From: Anolis carolinensis
Taxonomy: Eukaryota
Length of the DNA: 64,000 bases
Assembly: GCF_035594765.1 (NCBI RefSeq)
Contig: NC_085843.1
Span: 173,205,971-173,269,970, forward strand
Direction of reading: 5' to 3'
Positions within the stretch are counted from its first letter, which is position 1; every line of letters begins with the position of its first letter. Below the pieces are notes generated by a model. It was not told where the DNA came from. It searched no databases and saw only the letters and a program-made list of their open reading frames with translations. Positions 1 through 13,464 of the stretch are shown piece by piece. A program made the position numbers and the translations under genes.

Positions 1-1008
1 ATTTTGCTTTCTCTTACATTTAAATTTTCTGATTTTAAAAAAAAAAAATGATTAAAAGTGGATGGAAATAAAATGGTAATGGTCCTTGTTGACTTTGAGG
101 ATAGCCAGAAGAACAACACATTCCACTGGTCCATTTTGGAAATGTGCGGTGTTAACGCTGAACACATTGCTTGCTTTGTAGCTGTTTATGAATTTTACTG
201 TTATCATTTTAGCATAGATTACTGTAATAAGTTAAAAGCCAGATGGGTTTTAAACTTGTTTGTTTTTTTCTCTAAAAAATTTACAATACTCACTTTTGAA
301 ATGGGCTTTCATTTACAGAAAATGTTTAATGCTGAGTTTACAAACGGCATTAGGGAGTACTTGCATATTTGCATGAAGTTAGCTTGATGAGATCCATTGG
401 GATATCTAATGTCACCCAACATACATAGAAGTAGAGAGTTTGCTGAATCCGTGTCTTAGTTAAAGAGTATTCTCTGCAATTTTCACCCATCGACACATGG
501 CTAGTGCAGCATCAATAAATAATGTGATGAAAGGTGTGGATTTTTGCAGCTGTTTATAATTGCATTGCAGGCAAAATCAATTTAACTAGGAAACACGGGG
601 AAAACAGACTGCAGGTCAACTTCATGTTAAGTCTGTGAGACACTAAAAAGCATGGTTTATGAAAATTATCAGTATAATTAACAGTTTTTTTCCATCACGA
701 TTTTTTTTTAAAATAGCCACAGGAGGGAGAAAGAAATCCCACTCAAAAATGTTTAAGTTGTGTAAACAACAACTTTTTCTGATGCATTCTGCATGATTTC
801 TCTCAGCAACTACTTATAGAGTTTTTTTTGTGTATCTTCCAGTATCTTCCAAGGGTTCTATTATGTATTTTAAAATCTTTTTATTAAGAAAGATTTTACA
901 TAAATCAGATGAATGAATAAATGTTGCCAACAAATGATAGAGCACACATTAAAGGGAATTGTATTTCACTTTCATGACATATGCATATGTAATATACATA
1001 TATAATAT

Positions 1009-1565
1009 ACCAGAAAATCAGAAGACATCTACTTCTTGGGAGGAGAGCAATGGCCAACCTTGACAAAATAGTGAAGAGCAGAGACATCACACTGGCCACG
1101 AAGGTCCGCATAGTCAAAGCAATTGTATTCCCCATAGTAACCTATGACTGCGAGAGCTGGACCATAAGGAAGGCTGAGTGAAGGAAGATAGACGCTTTTG
1201 AGCTCTGGTGCTGGAGGAAAATCCTGAGAGTGCCTTGGACCGCAAGAAGATCCAACTAGTCCATCCTCCAGGAAATAATGCCCGACTGCTCACTGGAGGA
1301 AAGGATATTAGAGGCAAAATTGAAGTATTTTGGCCACATCATGAGAAGACAGGAAAGCTTGGAGAAGATCATGATGCTGGGGAAAATGGAAGGAAAAAGG
1401 AAGAGAGGCCGACCAAGGGCGAGATGGATGGATGGTATCCTTGAAGTGACTGGCTCGACCTTGAAGGAACTGGGGGCTGCAACGGCCGACAGGGAGCTCT
1501 GTGGTGGACTGGTCCATGAGGTCACGAAGAGTCGAAAATGACTGAACGAGTGAGATGACGACGAC
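1009..1565 (+). mobile_element. BovB (RTE clade) LINE, 5'-truncated 3' fragment
   Basis: Encodes BovB C-terminal peptides (KSRDITLATKVRIVKAIVFPIVTY; LKYFGHIMRRQESLEKIMMLGKMEGKRKRGRPRARWMDGI) and ends in GACTGAACGAGTGAGATGACGACGAC. Confidence 0.93.
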
Positions 1566-2005
1566 TATACTGTAGTTAGATTCAAGTATAGCATGATGTC
1601 ACCAATTAGAAACTGGTTGAATCGATCAATGATCCCACATGATCAGAACTCATGTCATGAATAAAAAATATGTAGCAGCACAAAGTTGTGGTTATCAATG
1701 GAACACTCTCTGAGGATGAATAAAGGAAAAAATAAACATGAGTGAATGCAGTATAGATGAATAGGCAAACTATTTCCCACTCACAGAGTTCTTGAGCACT
1801 CTCTAGAAAGCTTTAGTGAAAACATTTCTGGCCCAGTTCTACAAGAAAAGTAAGATTAACTCTAGAATATTTAAGATATTCAATGAAGAGGGATATAGAT
1901 ATAAAGTAAAGTAAAAAGATAAGCACTGTCATCCTACTCACAAGTAAGTCCTATTGACTTTTATAAAAGTTAATCTCAGTATATTGGATCCAAAAATATG
2001 ATATA

Positions 2006-3137
2006 CAAGGGTTGAATGAAAAGTAATGCCTTCACCTTTGTAACTCCTCAACAGATGGCAGTACTGGTATGCGGCAGGTACTGGCTTGTTCAGTAGACTC
2101 TCCTCTACAGTTCCATTTGGAAGGAAGCCTTAGCATTGAACAGTTGTGTTGTTAAAGTGCAAAGTATGGAACCCTGCACAGAAGGTCAGTGAATGCGATC
2201 TAAGAAACGTGCAGTCATTAAATTCTTGACAGCAGAAAGTGTCACCCCAAAGGAGATTCATCAAAGAATGGTGATTGTGTTGATGTGAGTACTGTGCATT
2301 GTTGGGCAAGTAAGTTTAAAGATGTTGAGGTGGGAACATCTGACTTGCATGACAAACAAAGAATTGGACATCCTGTGACAGCAATCACCGAGTTTCACAA
2401 GCAAAAGGTTGACAGATTGATTCAGGACGATTGTTGTTATCATTCAGAGATAAATTTCAAGCATAATAGGCATTCCACAAGAATGTGTGGGTCACATTAT
2501 TGCTTTGCTTGGCTATCAGAAGATCTGTGCACGATGGGTACCCAGGATGCTGACGCCTGAAATGAAAGCACATAGACTTGAAATTTGCCAAGAACTCCTC
2601 TCACATTACAAGAATGAAGGTGACGCCTTTCTCCATTCAATTGTGACAGTAGACGAAACGTGGGTACACCATTACGACCTGGAGACGAAGCATCAGTCTA
2701 TGGAATATCGACACAAAGACTCACCCCAGAAAAAGAAATTCAAGACACAGCCCTCAGCTAGAAAAATCATGGCAACAATGTTCTGGGATGCAGATGGTGT
2801 TATCCCTGTTGATTTCCTTGAACGTGGAACAACAATAAATTCAGAGCATTACATCACAATGCTGCGAACTTTGAAACAACAGCTAACAAGGGTTTGAAAG
2901 GGAAAGGGAAGTGTTTTCCTGCAGCATGACAATGCCAGACCACACACTTCACATGTCACCACAGCAGAACTTCAGAGAATGGATCTCACCACCGTACGGC
3001 ATCCTCCATACAGTCCAGATTTAGCACTGTCTTGACTTCCATCTGTTCCCGATAACAAAAGAAGATGTGCGGGGACAGCGTTATGCTTCTGATGAAGATG
3101 TTGAGAGAACTGTGAGACGCTGGCTGTGGAAACAGTA
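2006..3137 (+). mobile_element. Mariner (DD34D) DNA transposon, decayed transposase, right end missing
   Basis: TA at 2004-2005 is followed by a TIR-like CAAGGGTTGAATGAAAAGTAATGCC. Transposase motifs WVPRML, TVDETW, QHDNARPH (~2922-2945) and HPPYSPDLA..DFHLF (~3000-3048) are present with stops and frameshifts. No right TIR found. Confidence 0.92.
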
Positions 3138-3463
3138 GTGGGCATCTACACTGGATTTAGGCTTTCCCCCATGTTTTCTTTTTTTTTAAAAATAATCTTT
3201 ATTAAGGCTTTTCCAACATATACATTAAAATATAAACGATGAAAACTATCTATTTAAATTCAGATAAACAGTAGAAATGAGAACAATTATTGCAAGTTTT
3301 GTAGCTGAATGGTAAGAAGGAATAAAAAAAGGGGAAAAAAGAGAGAAAAAAACGCAGGGTTAATTTTATACAGAGAATATCAGAAAAATAAGATATTTGA
3401 GTGATGTTAAGATATCTATAGAGCGCTGAGTGCGGATCCCAAAGAGCCAAGAGTGGCCAAAAG

Positions 3464-3465
<2 letters not shown>

Positions 3466-3512
<47 letters not shown>
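3466..3512. repeat. (TA)n microsatellite in the L1 3'UTR
   Basis: Directly visible dinucleotide run. Confidence 0.95.
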
Positions 3513-3515
<3 letters not shown>

Positions 3516-3827
3516 AAAAATAAAAATTTGACTTCCGAGCATCATTTGGAGGCTTTCTTCCTTTTCCTTCCTTTTTTTCTTTGTTACTTTCTCTTCTCTT
3601 CTTCCTTCTTTCTCTGAGGTTCTTCATTCCGTTTCCAGCAGGGGTTTCCTCTCTCATGTTCTCTCTCTCTCTCTTTTTTTTAAAATTATTATCGTTCTTT
3701 GTTTGTTATTATTTTAATTTTTTTATTTTTTATTTTTTTATTTTTTTATTTATTTATTTTCTATTCTTATTATTATCATCTAGCTATTTTTGTGGGCCTT
3801 CTTTATCTCTTTCTTTCTTTGTCCCTT

Positions 3828-6800
3828 TTACCTGTGCCTTGTATTTTTTACCTTTTCTTTTAAATACTTTGTTACACCGCCCCAATCTGTTTCTTTTATT
3901 GGATTCCCCCTACTTTTTGTTAATAGAAAGGTAAGTCTATCCATATTTTTTATATCCTGTATTTTTCCCAACCATTCTTCTTCCTTTGGAATTTCATTTC
4001 TTTTCCATACTCTCGCATAACATATCCTTGCTGCTGTCGTTAATAGGAACAGCAATTTATCTTTATTTGTTTCTAGCTTTAATTCGTGTATCCCTAGTAA
4101 CCATAATTCCGGTTTCATTGGTAAATTTACCTCTAACATCTTTTCTAGGTCTCCTCTAATTTTTTCCCAATAAGTTTTTGCTTTCTCACACCCCCACCAC
4201 ATATGGTAATAGGTACTCTCTTTTTCCTCGCATTTTCAACATTTATTTTTCACATTTTTATAGCATTTTTCCAATTTTTGTGGCGTCATATGCCACCTGT
4301 AAGCCATTTTTATCCAATTCTCCTTTAGGTCTATCGCGTAGCTATATTTTAATTTTCTTCCCCATATTATTTCCCATTCTTCTTTCCTAATCTTTCTTCC
4401 TATATTTTCATTCCACCTGGTCATGTACATTTTTTCCTCCTCTCCTCCCATCTCCCATTCTAATAATTTTTTATAAATTTTTTGTTATTATTTTCCTATC
4501 TGTTTGCATTATTTTTTCCCAGAATATGTTCTGTTCCTCGAAGCCTATTTGTTTGTCTGTTTTAAGATGTTCTTTTATCTGCCATATTTGATACCAGGAG
4601 ATGTTTTTATTAAGTTCCTTCATTTCCTGTTGAGGTTTCATCTCCCATTCTCCATCTCTTTTTACTAATATTTCTTTATATTTTGGCCATTTGTACCATC
4701 CCAGAAGCCTTCTCTGTGAGGCTTCCAGGGGAGAGATCCATAGTGGGGTTTTTGTGTATAGTTTCTTTTTGTATTTCTCCCAAATTTTGAAGATCGCTGA
4801 TCGTATAAAGTGATTATTAAAATTTTTCTCTATTTTTACTTTGCCATACCATAGGTATGCATGCCAGCCCAGCCTTAGATTTATTCCTTCTAGATTTAGA
4901 ATTTTGTTATTTTCTAACTTTGTCCACTCTTTTACCCACATTAGGGCTGATGCCTCGAAATATAATCTTAAATCCGGTACAGCTAATCCTCCTCTCTTTT
5001 TTTCATCCATCATATATTTTACTTTTATTCTCGGTTTCTTTTTTTGCCAAATAAACTTCATTATATCTCTATTCCAATCCTTTAGTAATTTCTGGTTTCT
5101 GATTATGGGTAGATTTTGGAATAGGAATATCATCTTTGGAAGGATATTCATTTTTACACATGCTATCCTTCCTAGTAGTGATAGTCTTAAATGTCTCCAC
5201 TTTTCCATCTCATTTTTCATCTCTTTCCATTTTGTTAAGTAGTTATTTTCCAGTAGTTGTGAGTTCTTTTTTGTTATGGTGATTCCTAGGTATTTTATTT
5301 TATGTGTGATTTGGATATTCCATTTTTCTTTTAATATCTCTTGTTCCTTCTTTGTTATGTTTTTTGTTATTGCTTTCGTTTTTTCCATATTTATTTTAAA
5401 TCCAGTGACTTCCCCAAATTTTTTTATTGTCTCTAGCCATTTGCCTAATTTATTATTCGGTTCTTCTATTACACATATGATGTCGTCCGCGAATGCTCTA
5501 ATTTTGTATTCGCAATCCTGTACTCTTACCCCCTTCAGATCTTCTTCTTTTCTTATTCTGTTTAACAATATTTCCAGTGTCATAATAAATATTAAAGGTG
5601 AGAGGGGGCAGCCCTGCCTGGTACCTTTCTCTATTTTTATGTCTTTTGTTTCCTGTCCATTAATTAATATTTTTGCTTTTTGGGTGTCGTATATTGCTTC
5701 AATCATATTTTGAAAATAATAACCTATATCCATTTCTCTCATCAGTAATTTAAAAAAAGACCAATTTACATTATCGAATGCTTTTTCGGCGTCTAAAGCC
5801 AATAATAACACTTTTTTTTGGTTTCTTATTTCATAATGCTCAATTAAATCCACAATGGTTCTTACATTGTCTCTTTGGTGTCTATTGGGTAGAAACCCCG
5901 TCTGTTCTTCTTTTATCCACGTGCTTAAGATTTTTTTGAATCTTTCTGCTATTATATTACTGAAAATTTTATAGTCTAAATTTAGTAGTGAGATTGGTCT
6001 ATAATTTTTTACTTTTTCTGGGTCGGAATTTTCTTTATATATTATGCATATATTTGCTTGTCTCCAAGTCTCTGGCATTTTGGGGTTTTCCCTAATCCTG
6101 TTCATAATCCTTTTTAGGTATGGCATTAGTTCATTTTGGAAGGTTTTATTATAAATTGCCGTTAACCCATCTGGGCCCGGTGCCTTATTGGGCTTCAGGT
6201 TTTGTATGACTTTCTTAATCTCCTGCTCTGTGATTTCCCTGTTCAAATCTTCTCTCTGCTCCTCTGAGATTCGTTCTATTTTTTCCTCTTCTATGTAATC
6301 TGTTATTTTTCCTTCATCTATTTGTTCTCTTTGATAGAGTTTCTCGTAAAACCTCTTAAATTGATCTTTTATTTCTTCTTCCTTAGTGAGGATTTTATCC
6401 CCCTCTTTTATTTTTGTCACATATTTGTTTTCTTTTTTTTATTTAATCCTATTGGACAACCATCTACCCGGTTTGTTTGCATTTTGGAAAAAATCTTGTT
6501 TTATAAATTTTAATTTATTTGCTTTTTCCTCCATTAATAGGTATTCCCTTTGTTTTTGCAGTGATTCTATATTTTTTTGGATTTCTTTATTTCTTGGATT
6601 TGATTTTAGCCTGGTTTCTTCTTTACCTATTTCATCTATTATCTTATTCAATTTATTTAGCTTTTCCTTCCTTTTTATTGCTTTTTGCTGAATGAATCTC
6701 CCTCTTACCACTGCTTTACTAGCTTCCCATAATGTAAATAGATCAGTCTCTTCTGTATCATTTATTTCAAAATAATCTTGTATTATTTTTTTAATTTTGA

Positions 6801-7587
6801 CAATATCTTCCTCTTTCTTCAGAAGATTTTCATCTAATCTCCATCTCCATTCTCTTTTGCTATAAAAAATCTCTAGTTCCAGTGGACAGTGGTCTGAATC
6901 CAGCCTCGGTAGGATTTTTACTTTCTCTATTTTTGGAATTAGTGATTTAGAGATCCATACCATGTCGATTCTCGACCAGCTTTGGTGTCTGGCCGAGAAA
7001 AAAGTAAAGTCCTTTGTTCCCTCATGTTTGATTCTCCAGCTATCTTGAATGTTTAGCTCTTTCATCATATTTAGCATTATTTTTGGTAGGTTTCCTATGT
7101 TATTTTTACTTTTTCCCTTTCCCCCCATTTTGCTTCTGTCTAATTCTCCATCTACCACCCCATTAAAGTCCCCAAGTATTATCAAATGTTCATATTCTTG
7201 GTCACTAATACAGCTTTTTAAATTTTCGGTAAATTCTGTCTTTGCCCCATTTGGGGCATATATATTACATATCAAAATGTCTTTCCCCTGGGTTGTTATT
7301 TTTACCCCTATAAATCTACCCTCGGTATCTTTGAAAGCTAATTTGGCTGGTATTTTCCAATCTATATATGTCACTACCCCTTTCTTTTTCTCTAATGCTG
7401 ATGCATGGAAGGATTGTCCTAATTTTTTTTCTTCTAAATATTTAGCATGTTTTTGTATCATATGTGTTTCTTGTAATGCAATCACCTGATATCTCTTTTT
7501 CTTTAATTCGTTAAATACTTTATTCCTCTTATTTGCCGAGTTTAATCCATTAATATTATTTGAGTATATTTTTAGTTCCCTCATCAT
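3828..7587 (-). pseudogene. L1 ORF2 (APE endonuclease, RT, CCHC) with three lesions
   Basis: Endonuclease motifs NINGL, LQETH, GDFN, SRID and SDH; RT motifs GPDG, YRPISLLN, LDAEKAFD, GTRQGCPLSP and AFADD; C-terminal C*KC..HMWWGC. Lesions: in-frame TAA at 6439-6441, +1 frameshift in an A-run near 4480, and TGG>TGA at 4236-4238. Confidence 0.93.
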
Positions 7588-8668
7588 TGTCTTCGTCTTC
7601 TTCTATCGCACCTTCCTCCTCCTCGTCTTCTCCCTCTCTATTTAATTGCTCTTCTTCTTCCGGTTTTTCTTCTACGTTTCCTAAGTTTATGAGTTCCGTG
7701 CTGTTTCTCAGATTTAATCTGTAATCCTTCCTGTCCAGTTCCTCTTTTTCTGGGGATTCTGTGCGTTGCCTCTTTGGTTTCTTATTTCCTTTTTGACCTT
7801 TTTCCATCTTTTCTTCCTTCTCTTTTCTTATTGCGTTATAGAATTCCCTTGCTCTTTCTTCTGTTGTGATCCAGTATCTCTGGCCTTTATAGGTGGTCAT
7901 TAAGCCTTCTTCTCTTTCCCATCTATATCGTGCATTTTGTTTTTTCAGTTCTTCTATCAGGAAGGTATATTTCTTTCTTCTGCTTATTATTGTGCTTGGC
8001 ACTTCTTTTAATATCACTATCTTCGTCCCTTTGTAAAAAATCTGTTTTTTGCTATTAGTTTTAAGGATTTCATCTCTCGTGATCTTTTTTGTAAAGTGTA
8101 CTATCACGTCTCTTGGTGTCTTATTCCTTCTTGAGAAATTTGTGTTGATCCTGTATGTCCTGTCTGTTTGTTCCTGTATTTCCTGTTCCGAGCAATCCAA
8201 GAGATTTGTTAATATCTCTATTACTTTTTCTCTTATAGTCTCTCCCGGCTCCTCCTGGATATTCCTCAGTCTCAATTGAAATTCTAATTCCCTTGCTTCC
8301 ATGGCTTCCTGTTTTGCAGTTATCTTTCTGTTTTTCGTATCTAGTTCCTTTATTTTATGTTGGAACCTTTCTTGAGTTTTCTTTAGTTCTTTTTTTTCAT
8401 TCTTTATGTCCTTTATTTCCTGTTGGATTACCGTTATCTCTTTTCTCATTGTACCTAGTTCCTCTTTGATTTCTTTCTTAAAATCTGACATTTGTTCCTG
8501 TTGGATTTTTTGGTATACGTCTTGTTTTTCCTGGATTTTCTGAATCTCCTTCATCATTTCTTTCATCATATCCCTCAGATTTGTCTCTTCCGTTATGGAG
8601 GATCTTCTAGCTGTTCCTTTTGGATCCTTTAAATCCCTATCCGTCTTGAATTTAAATGTTGTCATCAT
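7556..8668 (-). CDS. L1 ORF1p (coiled coil + RRM/CTD, acidic C-terminal tail), intact 370 aa
   Basis: Long heptad-rich K/E/Q segment, then LRLRNIQE, DRTYRI and PRDVIVHF, typical of L1 ORF1 (Transposase_22-like). Lies directly upstream of ORF2. Confidence 0.9.
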   Translation of the reverse strand: MMTTFKFKTDRDLKDPKGTARRSSITEETNLRDMMKEMMKEIQKIQEKQDVYQKIQQEQMSDFKKEIKEELGTMRKEITVIQQEIKDIKNEKKELKKTQERFQHKIKELDTKNRKITAKQEAMEARELEFQLRLRNIQEEPGETIREKVIEILTNLLDCSEQEIQEQTDRTYRINTNFSRRNKTPRDVIVHFTKKITRDEILKTNSKKQIFYKGTKIVILKEVPSTIISRRKKYTFLIEELKKQNARYRWEREEGLMTTYKGQRYWITTEERAREFYNAIRKEKEEKMEKGQKGNKKPKRQRTESPEKEELDRKDYRLNLRNSTELINLGNVEEKPEEEEQLNREGEDEEEEGAIEEDEDNDEGTKNILK

Positions 8669-9560
8669 CTCTGTTTTATTGTTTCTGTTGTTTCTTAGTT
8701 TTTCTTCAATATTTTTCCTTCCTCTCTTTCCTCTCTTTCTTACTGTCGCTTCTCTCCCCCCCCCCTTTTTTTCGGTTAAAATTCTTGTGCTCTTTTGAGG
8801 CCTCTCAGGGTTTTCTTTCAGTTTTTCTCGGTTTTTCTGTTACTTCTGAGCCTGCTAGTGGTAATTAGGATTAAATATTTAGGTTAGTATTATCATTATT
8901 TTCCAGTCTCCCGCTTCTTTCCACTGTCTGCCCTCTTTTTCAATCTTTTAAAGAGGTTAGTTTTTTCAAAGCTCTTTCTGTTTTTATCTATTGTCTGTTG
9001 TACTATGGTTACTTGACTCCCACTTCCTCTTTCTCCCCTTCTTTCTTTTCTATTTCTCTTAGTTTGTATAATATTCCTTTGGTTTATATTAATATTGGAA
9101 CCTCTGTCCTCCAGACCTCTATATCTTAAGCCTTTTTTTTCCTTTTTGGCCTTTCTTTGTCTTTATTTCTTTATTATATTTGTTACCTTTTCGATGTATT
9201 CTTTCTCCTTTCTCCCCTTTGTTTTTATTTTTGTTGATCCTGTAGGGTTCCTTCCTGCAGTTCCTCCCGTTTATTTGCCGCTCTATCCTTCCGTTTCCAC
9301 CTTTCTCTCTTTTCTCTTCCCCTTCTACTGTGTTTCTTCCACCCTTCTTTGCTTCCCTCCGTCTTTCTGCTTTTCTTAAACTGTGGTTCAGATGCATTAA
9401 ATGGTCTTCCCTGGATTAACCTAGATCAGCCTGTAAACTGATCTGACACCATCCTAATCATTGTAGATATTACCTTAGTAGGCAGGAATAATGGGAGTTT
9501 GAGTGACCTGAAGCATCCTTCCTTTATGTCTACCTATCCTGGCCCCTTATGATGTAAGTA

Positions 9561-9874
9561 CAGTAGAGTCTCACTTATCCAACACTCGCTTATCCAACAT
9601 TCTGGATTATCCAACACATTTTTGTAGTCAATGTTTTCAATACATCGTGATATTTTGGTGCTAAATTCATAAATACAGTAATTACTACATAGCATTACTG
9701 TGTATTGAACTACTTTTTCTGTCAAATTTGTTGTAAAACATAATGTTTTGGTGCTTAATTTGTAAAATCATAACCTAATTTGATGTTTAATAGGCATTTC
9801 CTGTTATTATCCAACATATTCGCTTATCCAACATTCTGCCAGCCCGTTTACGTTGGATAAGCGAGACTCTACTG
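9561..9874. mobile_element. Tc1/mariner-pogo(Tigger)-type MITE, 314 bp
   Basis: 23-bp TIRs CAGTAGAGTCTC(A/G)CTTATCCAAC, TA on both sides, and internal repeats of TTATCCAAC. Confidence 0.93.
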
Positions 9875-11399
9875 TAATACTTTTAGGGATGTTTCTCCAC
9901 CTCTTCTTCTTCGCCTGAGTCCTCTCTTGGTCTTTCCAAAGTGATGAGCTAAGGATCTCATCACATTGAGGTTGTAATCCATGAAGCAGTGGGAGGATTC
10001 AACAATCAGCAGGGCAAATCCATGGGGCAGCAGGGGAAAACTGTTGCCTCATTCCCCACATTGCCTGCTGCACCCTTTCCTCATCGCACAGGGTGAAGTG
10101 TTGCAGCCCAGCTTCCTCTCATTATTGTTTACAGAACATGGGCAGCATCTGTGCTTTCTCCACAGAGCCAAGGTGGAAATTGCCTGATGTCATGTGATGG
10201 CACCTGGAGGAAACATCTTGACAGTGTGCTAGGATGCTGATTTTTCTACACATGATGACATGATTGGTTAGAGCAGCACCCTGAGTTACTATACTATCTT
10301 AGAATGGGTTCCCTATAATAAAAATTCTTTCTGCAAACCATTGGTGTGTTGGCTCCTTTAAATCAAGATCTCTGACCCCTGCATGCATGCTAACACCTGG
10401 CCTAAATTGAAACATTCATACCTGCATCTATTTTGTCATTTTATCTGACTGAATCAGGGGGGTGTATTTAGTTTGAGTACCTAAGCTGAAAGAAGTCAAG
10501 TTTGTTTTTGTGTTTACTAAAACTAATTAGAAAGCTAATGAAATTTAGTGTCCCCATTTCCAAATAGCTGCCACGAGACTGGGATGTAAACTCCTGTAGC
10601 AATCCTGTAGCAAGGGAACAGAGAGAAGGAGTGAATAACAAGGACAAGAACTATAATTAACATTATCCCCATTGGCCTATTTACATTGCAAGTGCATCAG
10701 GCAGCAACTGTGAGATAGATAGAAACATTATGCTATACAGCATTATTTATTTGTATTATGTCTTCAAAATATCCCAAGAGTATAGGGAGAGGTCCTTTTG
10801 AAAGCCATTACTTCAGGAGACCACTGAATTCTGCTCCTACTTTTCCTCTAATCCTGAGTGTGAAATGACTGATATACTTGTGCTTCTTCCAAACATTTTA
10901 CCTTTTTCTTATACTTCATTATATCCTTCTCAGTGTAATACAAACAGTGCTTTTTAAAATAGAAAATACTGAATTATCTCAACCTGTTTTCCCCCAGATT
11001 GATTGATAAGTCACAGAGATAGAGGAAACCTTAAAGGACCATCAAGCCGCCCTGAGTCCCCTCGTTGTAAATAAATAAATAAGTTTCTGCTCAGTTCAGG
11101 AAATCTAGACAAAAGGATCTTCAACTCCTACTGGAAAACTTCCAGAGAAGGAAAACCAATCCCATACTGTTACTACTAATTGCGTCCACCGTCAAACTGA
11201 ATTTCAATTATGAACTTTATCTGTTTAATCAAACCGTTACTTGCCCTCCTGTAACTTTTGTTCAAAGATTTAGCCCTGTCATCTAGATAAGCAGAGAACA
11301 AATTTTTGTCTTTTATGTAATAGAGATATATGAGGAATGTTGTCTTGTATCCTTTCAGGGTGCATATAGACTGTAGCATTCATATAGTTTGATTCAACT

Positions 11400-11558
11400 T
11401 ATAGAATCCTGGGATGTGTGGTTTAGTGAGGCACCAGTTATCTTTGGCAGAGAAAGCTAAAGGCCTTGTAAAATTACAACTACAATGATTCCAAAACATT
11501 GGGCCATAGCAGTTAAAGTGGTATCAAACTGCATTGATTCTACAGTGTGGATTCACCT
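11400..11558. repeat. Old squamate non-autonomous DNA-transposon-like repeat; related copies at ~27110-27195, ~33975-34150 and ~34330-34460
   Basis: Shared motifs GAATCCTGGGA..GTAGTTT..TGAGG, AAACTACAA..CCCA.GATTC and GCAGTTAAAGTGG recur across the copies. Confidence 0.55.
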
Positions 11559-13464
11559 CCAATTTTTTAAGTGTGGAGTTGAAAACTGGACACAGTATTC
11601 CAAAGAGGTTTCATCTTCATTGTTATGTTCCTCTGTCATGGAACGATACATATTGGTCATTATCAATTTCTCAACAATGTATGAACCCAATTTATGGTGT
11701 TTTAAAATATTGTCTATATGTGGTTCCAGATCATACTCTTACTTTGTAATTTATGTTTCTGCAACTTAATCTTCAATTGTTTAGGTTTCTTGAATTGCGT
11801 TGTGACTGGGCTAAGCAGTTGAACATTCAAAGATAAACCATTCTACAGTCTGGCCTTTAAACTTGCTCCCCACTCCCCATTTCTCTTGCTCAATGCCAAC
11901 CCGTCTGCACTCATTCCCTATTGTGCCTACTAGTCTCTATTTGATTTTGCAATCTGTTCAACTATAATGTGAAGCCTTGATGAATTTGAGATTTCAAAGA
12001 TATGGCTGTGTCTTGATGCTGTCTGCTAGATGGAGAGGAACTGCCCATTGTGACTATGCTGGAACTCCATGAAGGAAAAAGATTGGCAAGTGTGGCTTAT
12101 GCTGATATGATTTGGCTGAAAGAGAACTTCCCATTCTGACCTCATGCTGATTATGCCTGCCTGAAGAACTAAGGCTAATGCAGAGTTCTAGAAGTAGAGT
12201 TACTGGTCATTTCATATGGAAGCAGTCTGCTGTAGGTGGAGAGATTGGCCATGGTAATCTCATGCTAACACTGCCTTCATAATCAGTGTGCAGATTTTCA
12301 CTTGAGTTGAAAACCTATATTGCCGCTCTAATAGTTATCATATCCAGGATATTTTCCTTCTTCCATCAACTTACTTTCTCCCTAGAGCAATGCATTTTAG
12401 CCATAATGTATAAGAATTCTTAGATTACCACCTTGCCCCTATTCCATTGCTGGACCAGTGAAGATGTACAGAGTAGTGTCTGAGCCACTCCAGAGGGGAT
12501 TCCCCCCATTTTTTTATAATCAAGTTTGCTATTGGAATGAATAATTGTTATGGATCTGAGAGTGAAAGAAAGGAGTCAAGAATCTCAGGACTTTCCACCC
12601 CTCATTTCCAACATCCCCTACTCTATGGAGGATGTTGGTTTTTGTGCCTTTTCAGTTTGGATCTTTTTTCAATGAGAACAGTGGTCTTTTCCTCACATTA
12701 CCAGTAGCTGTCATTAGCAATTGTTGACAGGGTGGTACTTGTACTGTTGTAATGTTGTTGAACAAGACTACCAACCCCTTTTTGTTGTTGATGGAATACG
12801 ATCAGCCTTGACCTCAAGTATTTATAGCCCACTAGATCAGGAAGAGCCTTTGCGGCAGTGGCAAGTGCCATTCTTTCTATTTGCTCATATAAAATAGCTC
12901 TCAAAGAAGAATTAATATAGAGGAGGAAGCACATATTTATTGTACAAAAACAGCTTTGCATGCTGTCTTGAATCCTTGTGAAAGGAAATATTTAGCCATC
13001 CCTTTGCTTTCCAATCCAGGAGTTACTTTTTGAAATGGACAATGTGACACAGCAGGGTTTAAAAAGGCCTGATCCCTCTGGGAAAGTTGATTTTCTAATT
13101 TCAGCCTTTCATTAGGCATGCAACTTACATCTACTCCTCCAGCATAATTAGTGGTGGCCACATCATTAATTTCTGAATTAGCAAAAACAGTTGGTTTAAA
13201 TTAGATCATCAATGAAAGTTAACACTGTAGACAGGAGGTGTTAAAGCTGCACTGAGATGATGAATTGCTTAGTGGTGCATTTAATCTTCAGATTTGGATA
13301 AGACACTGAAGTTGTGTACCAGCCTAAAGAGGCAAGGTGGGAAGCAGAAGCTACAAGACCCAGAAACAAAGCTGGAGAAACTGGCAGGTTGGTGCCAGCT
13401 GTTGGTAAATCAAGGATTACCCCCATCCATTAGTCACATAATAGGGGGCATATTATATACACAT

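Larger units (their letters stand above)
3174..9378 (-). mobile_element. L1 LINE, near full length (5'UTR, ORF1, ORF2, 3'UTR, poly(A))
   Basis: ORF1 and APE/RT ORF2 lie on the minus strand. AATAAA (plus-strand TTTATT 3198-3203) precedes an A-tail at ~3174-3187. The sense strand is strongly A-rich. The 5' boundary is approximate and no TSD was found. Confidence 0.93.

Noticed and set aside
58-387. 109-aa ORF at the window start
   Set aside because: GTG start, no recognisable domain, AT-rich; consistent with chance.
3250-4020. Low-complexity ORFs (YIYI..., F-rich)
   Set aside because: They arise from the (TA)n microsatellite and the L1 3'UTR composition.
4841-7489. Plus-strand F/I/L-rich ORFs over L1 ORF2
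   Set aside because: These are antisense shadows of the A-rich L1 coding strand.
9119-9397. K/R/E-rich upstream ORF in the L1 5' region
   Set aside because: The start lies outside the apparent element boundary, and purine bias explains the lack of stops.
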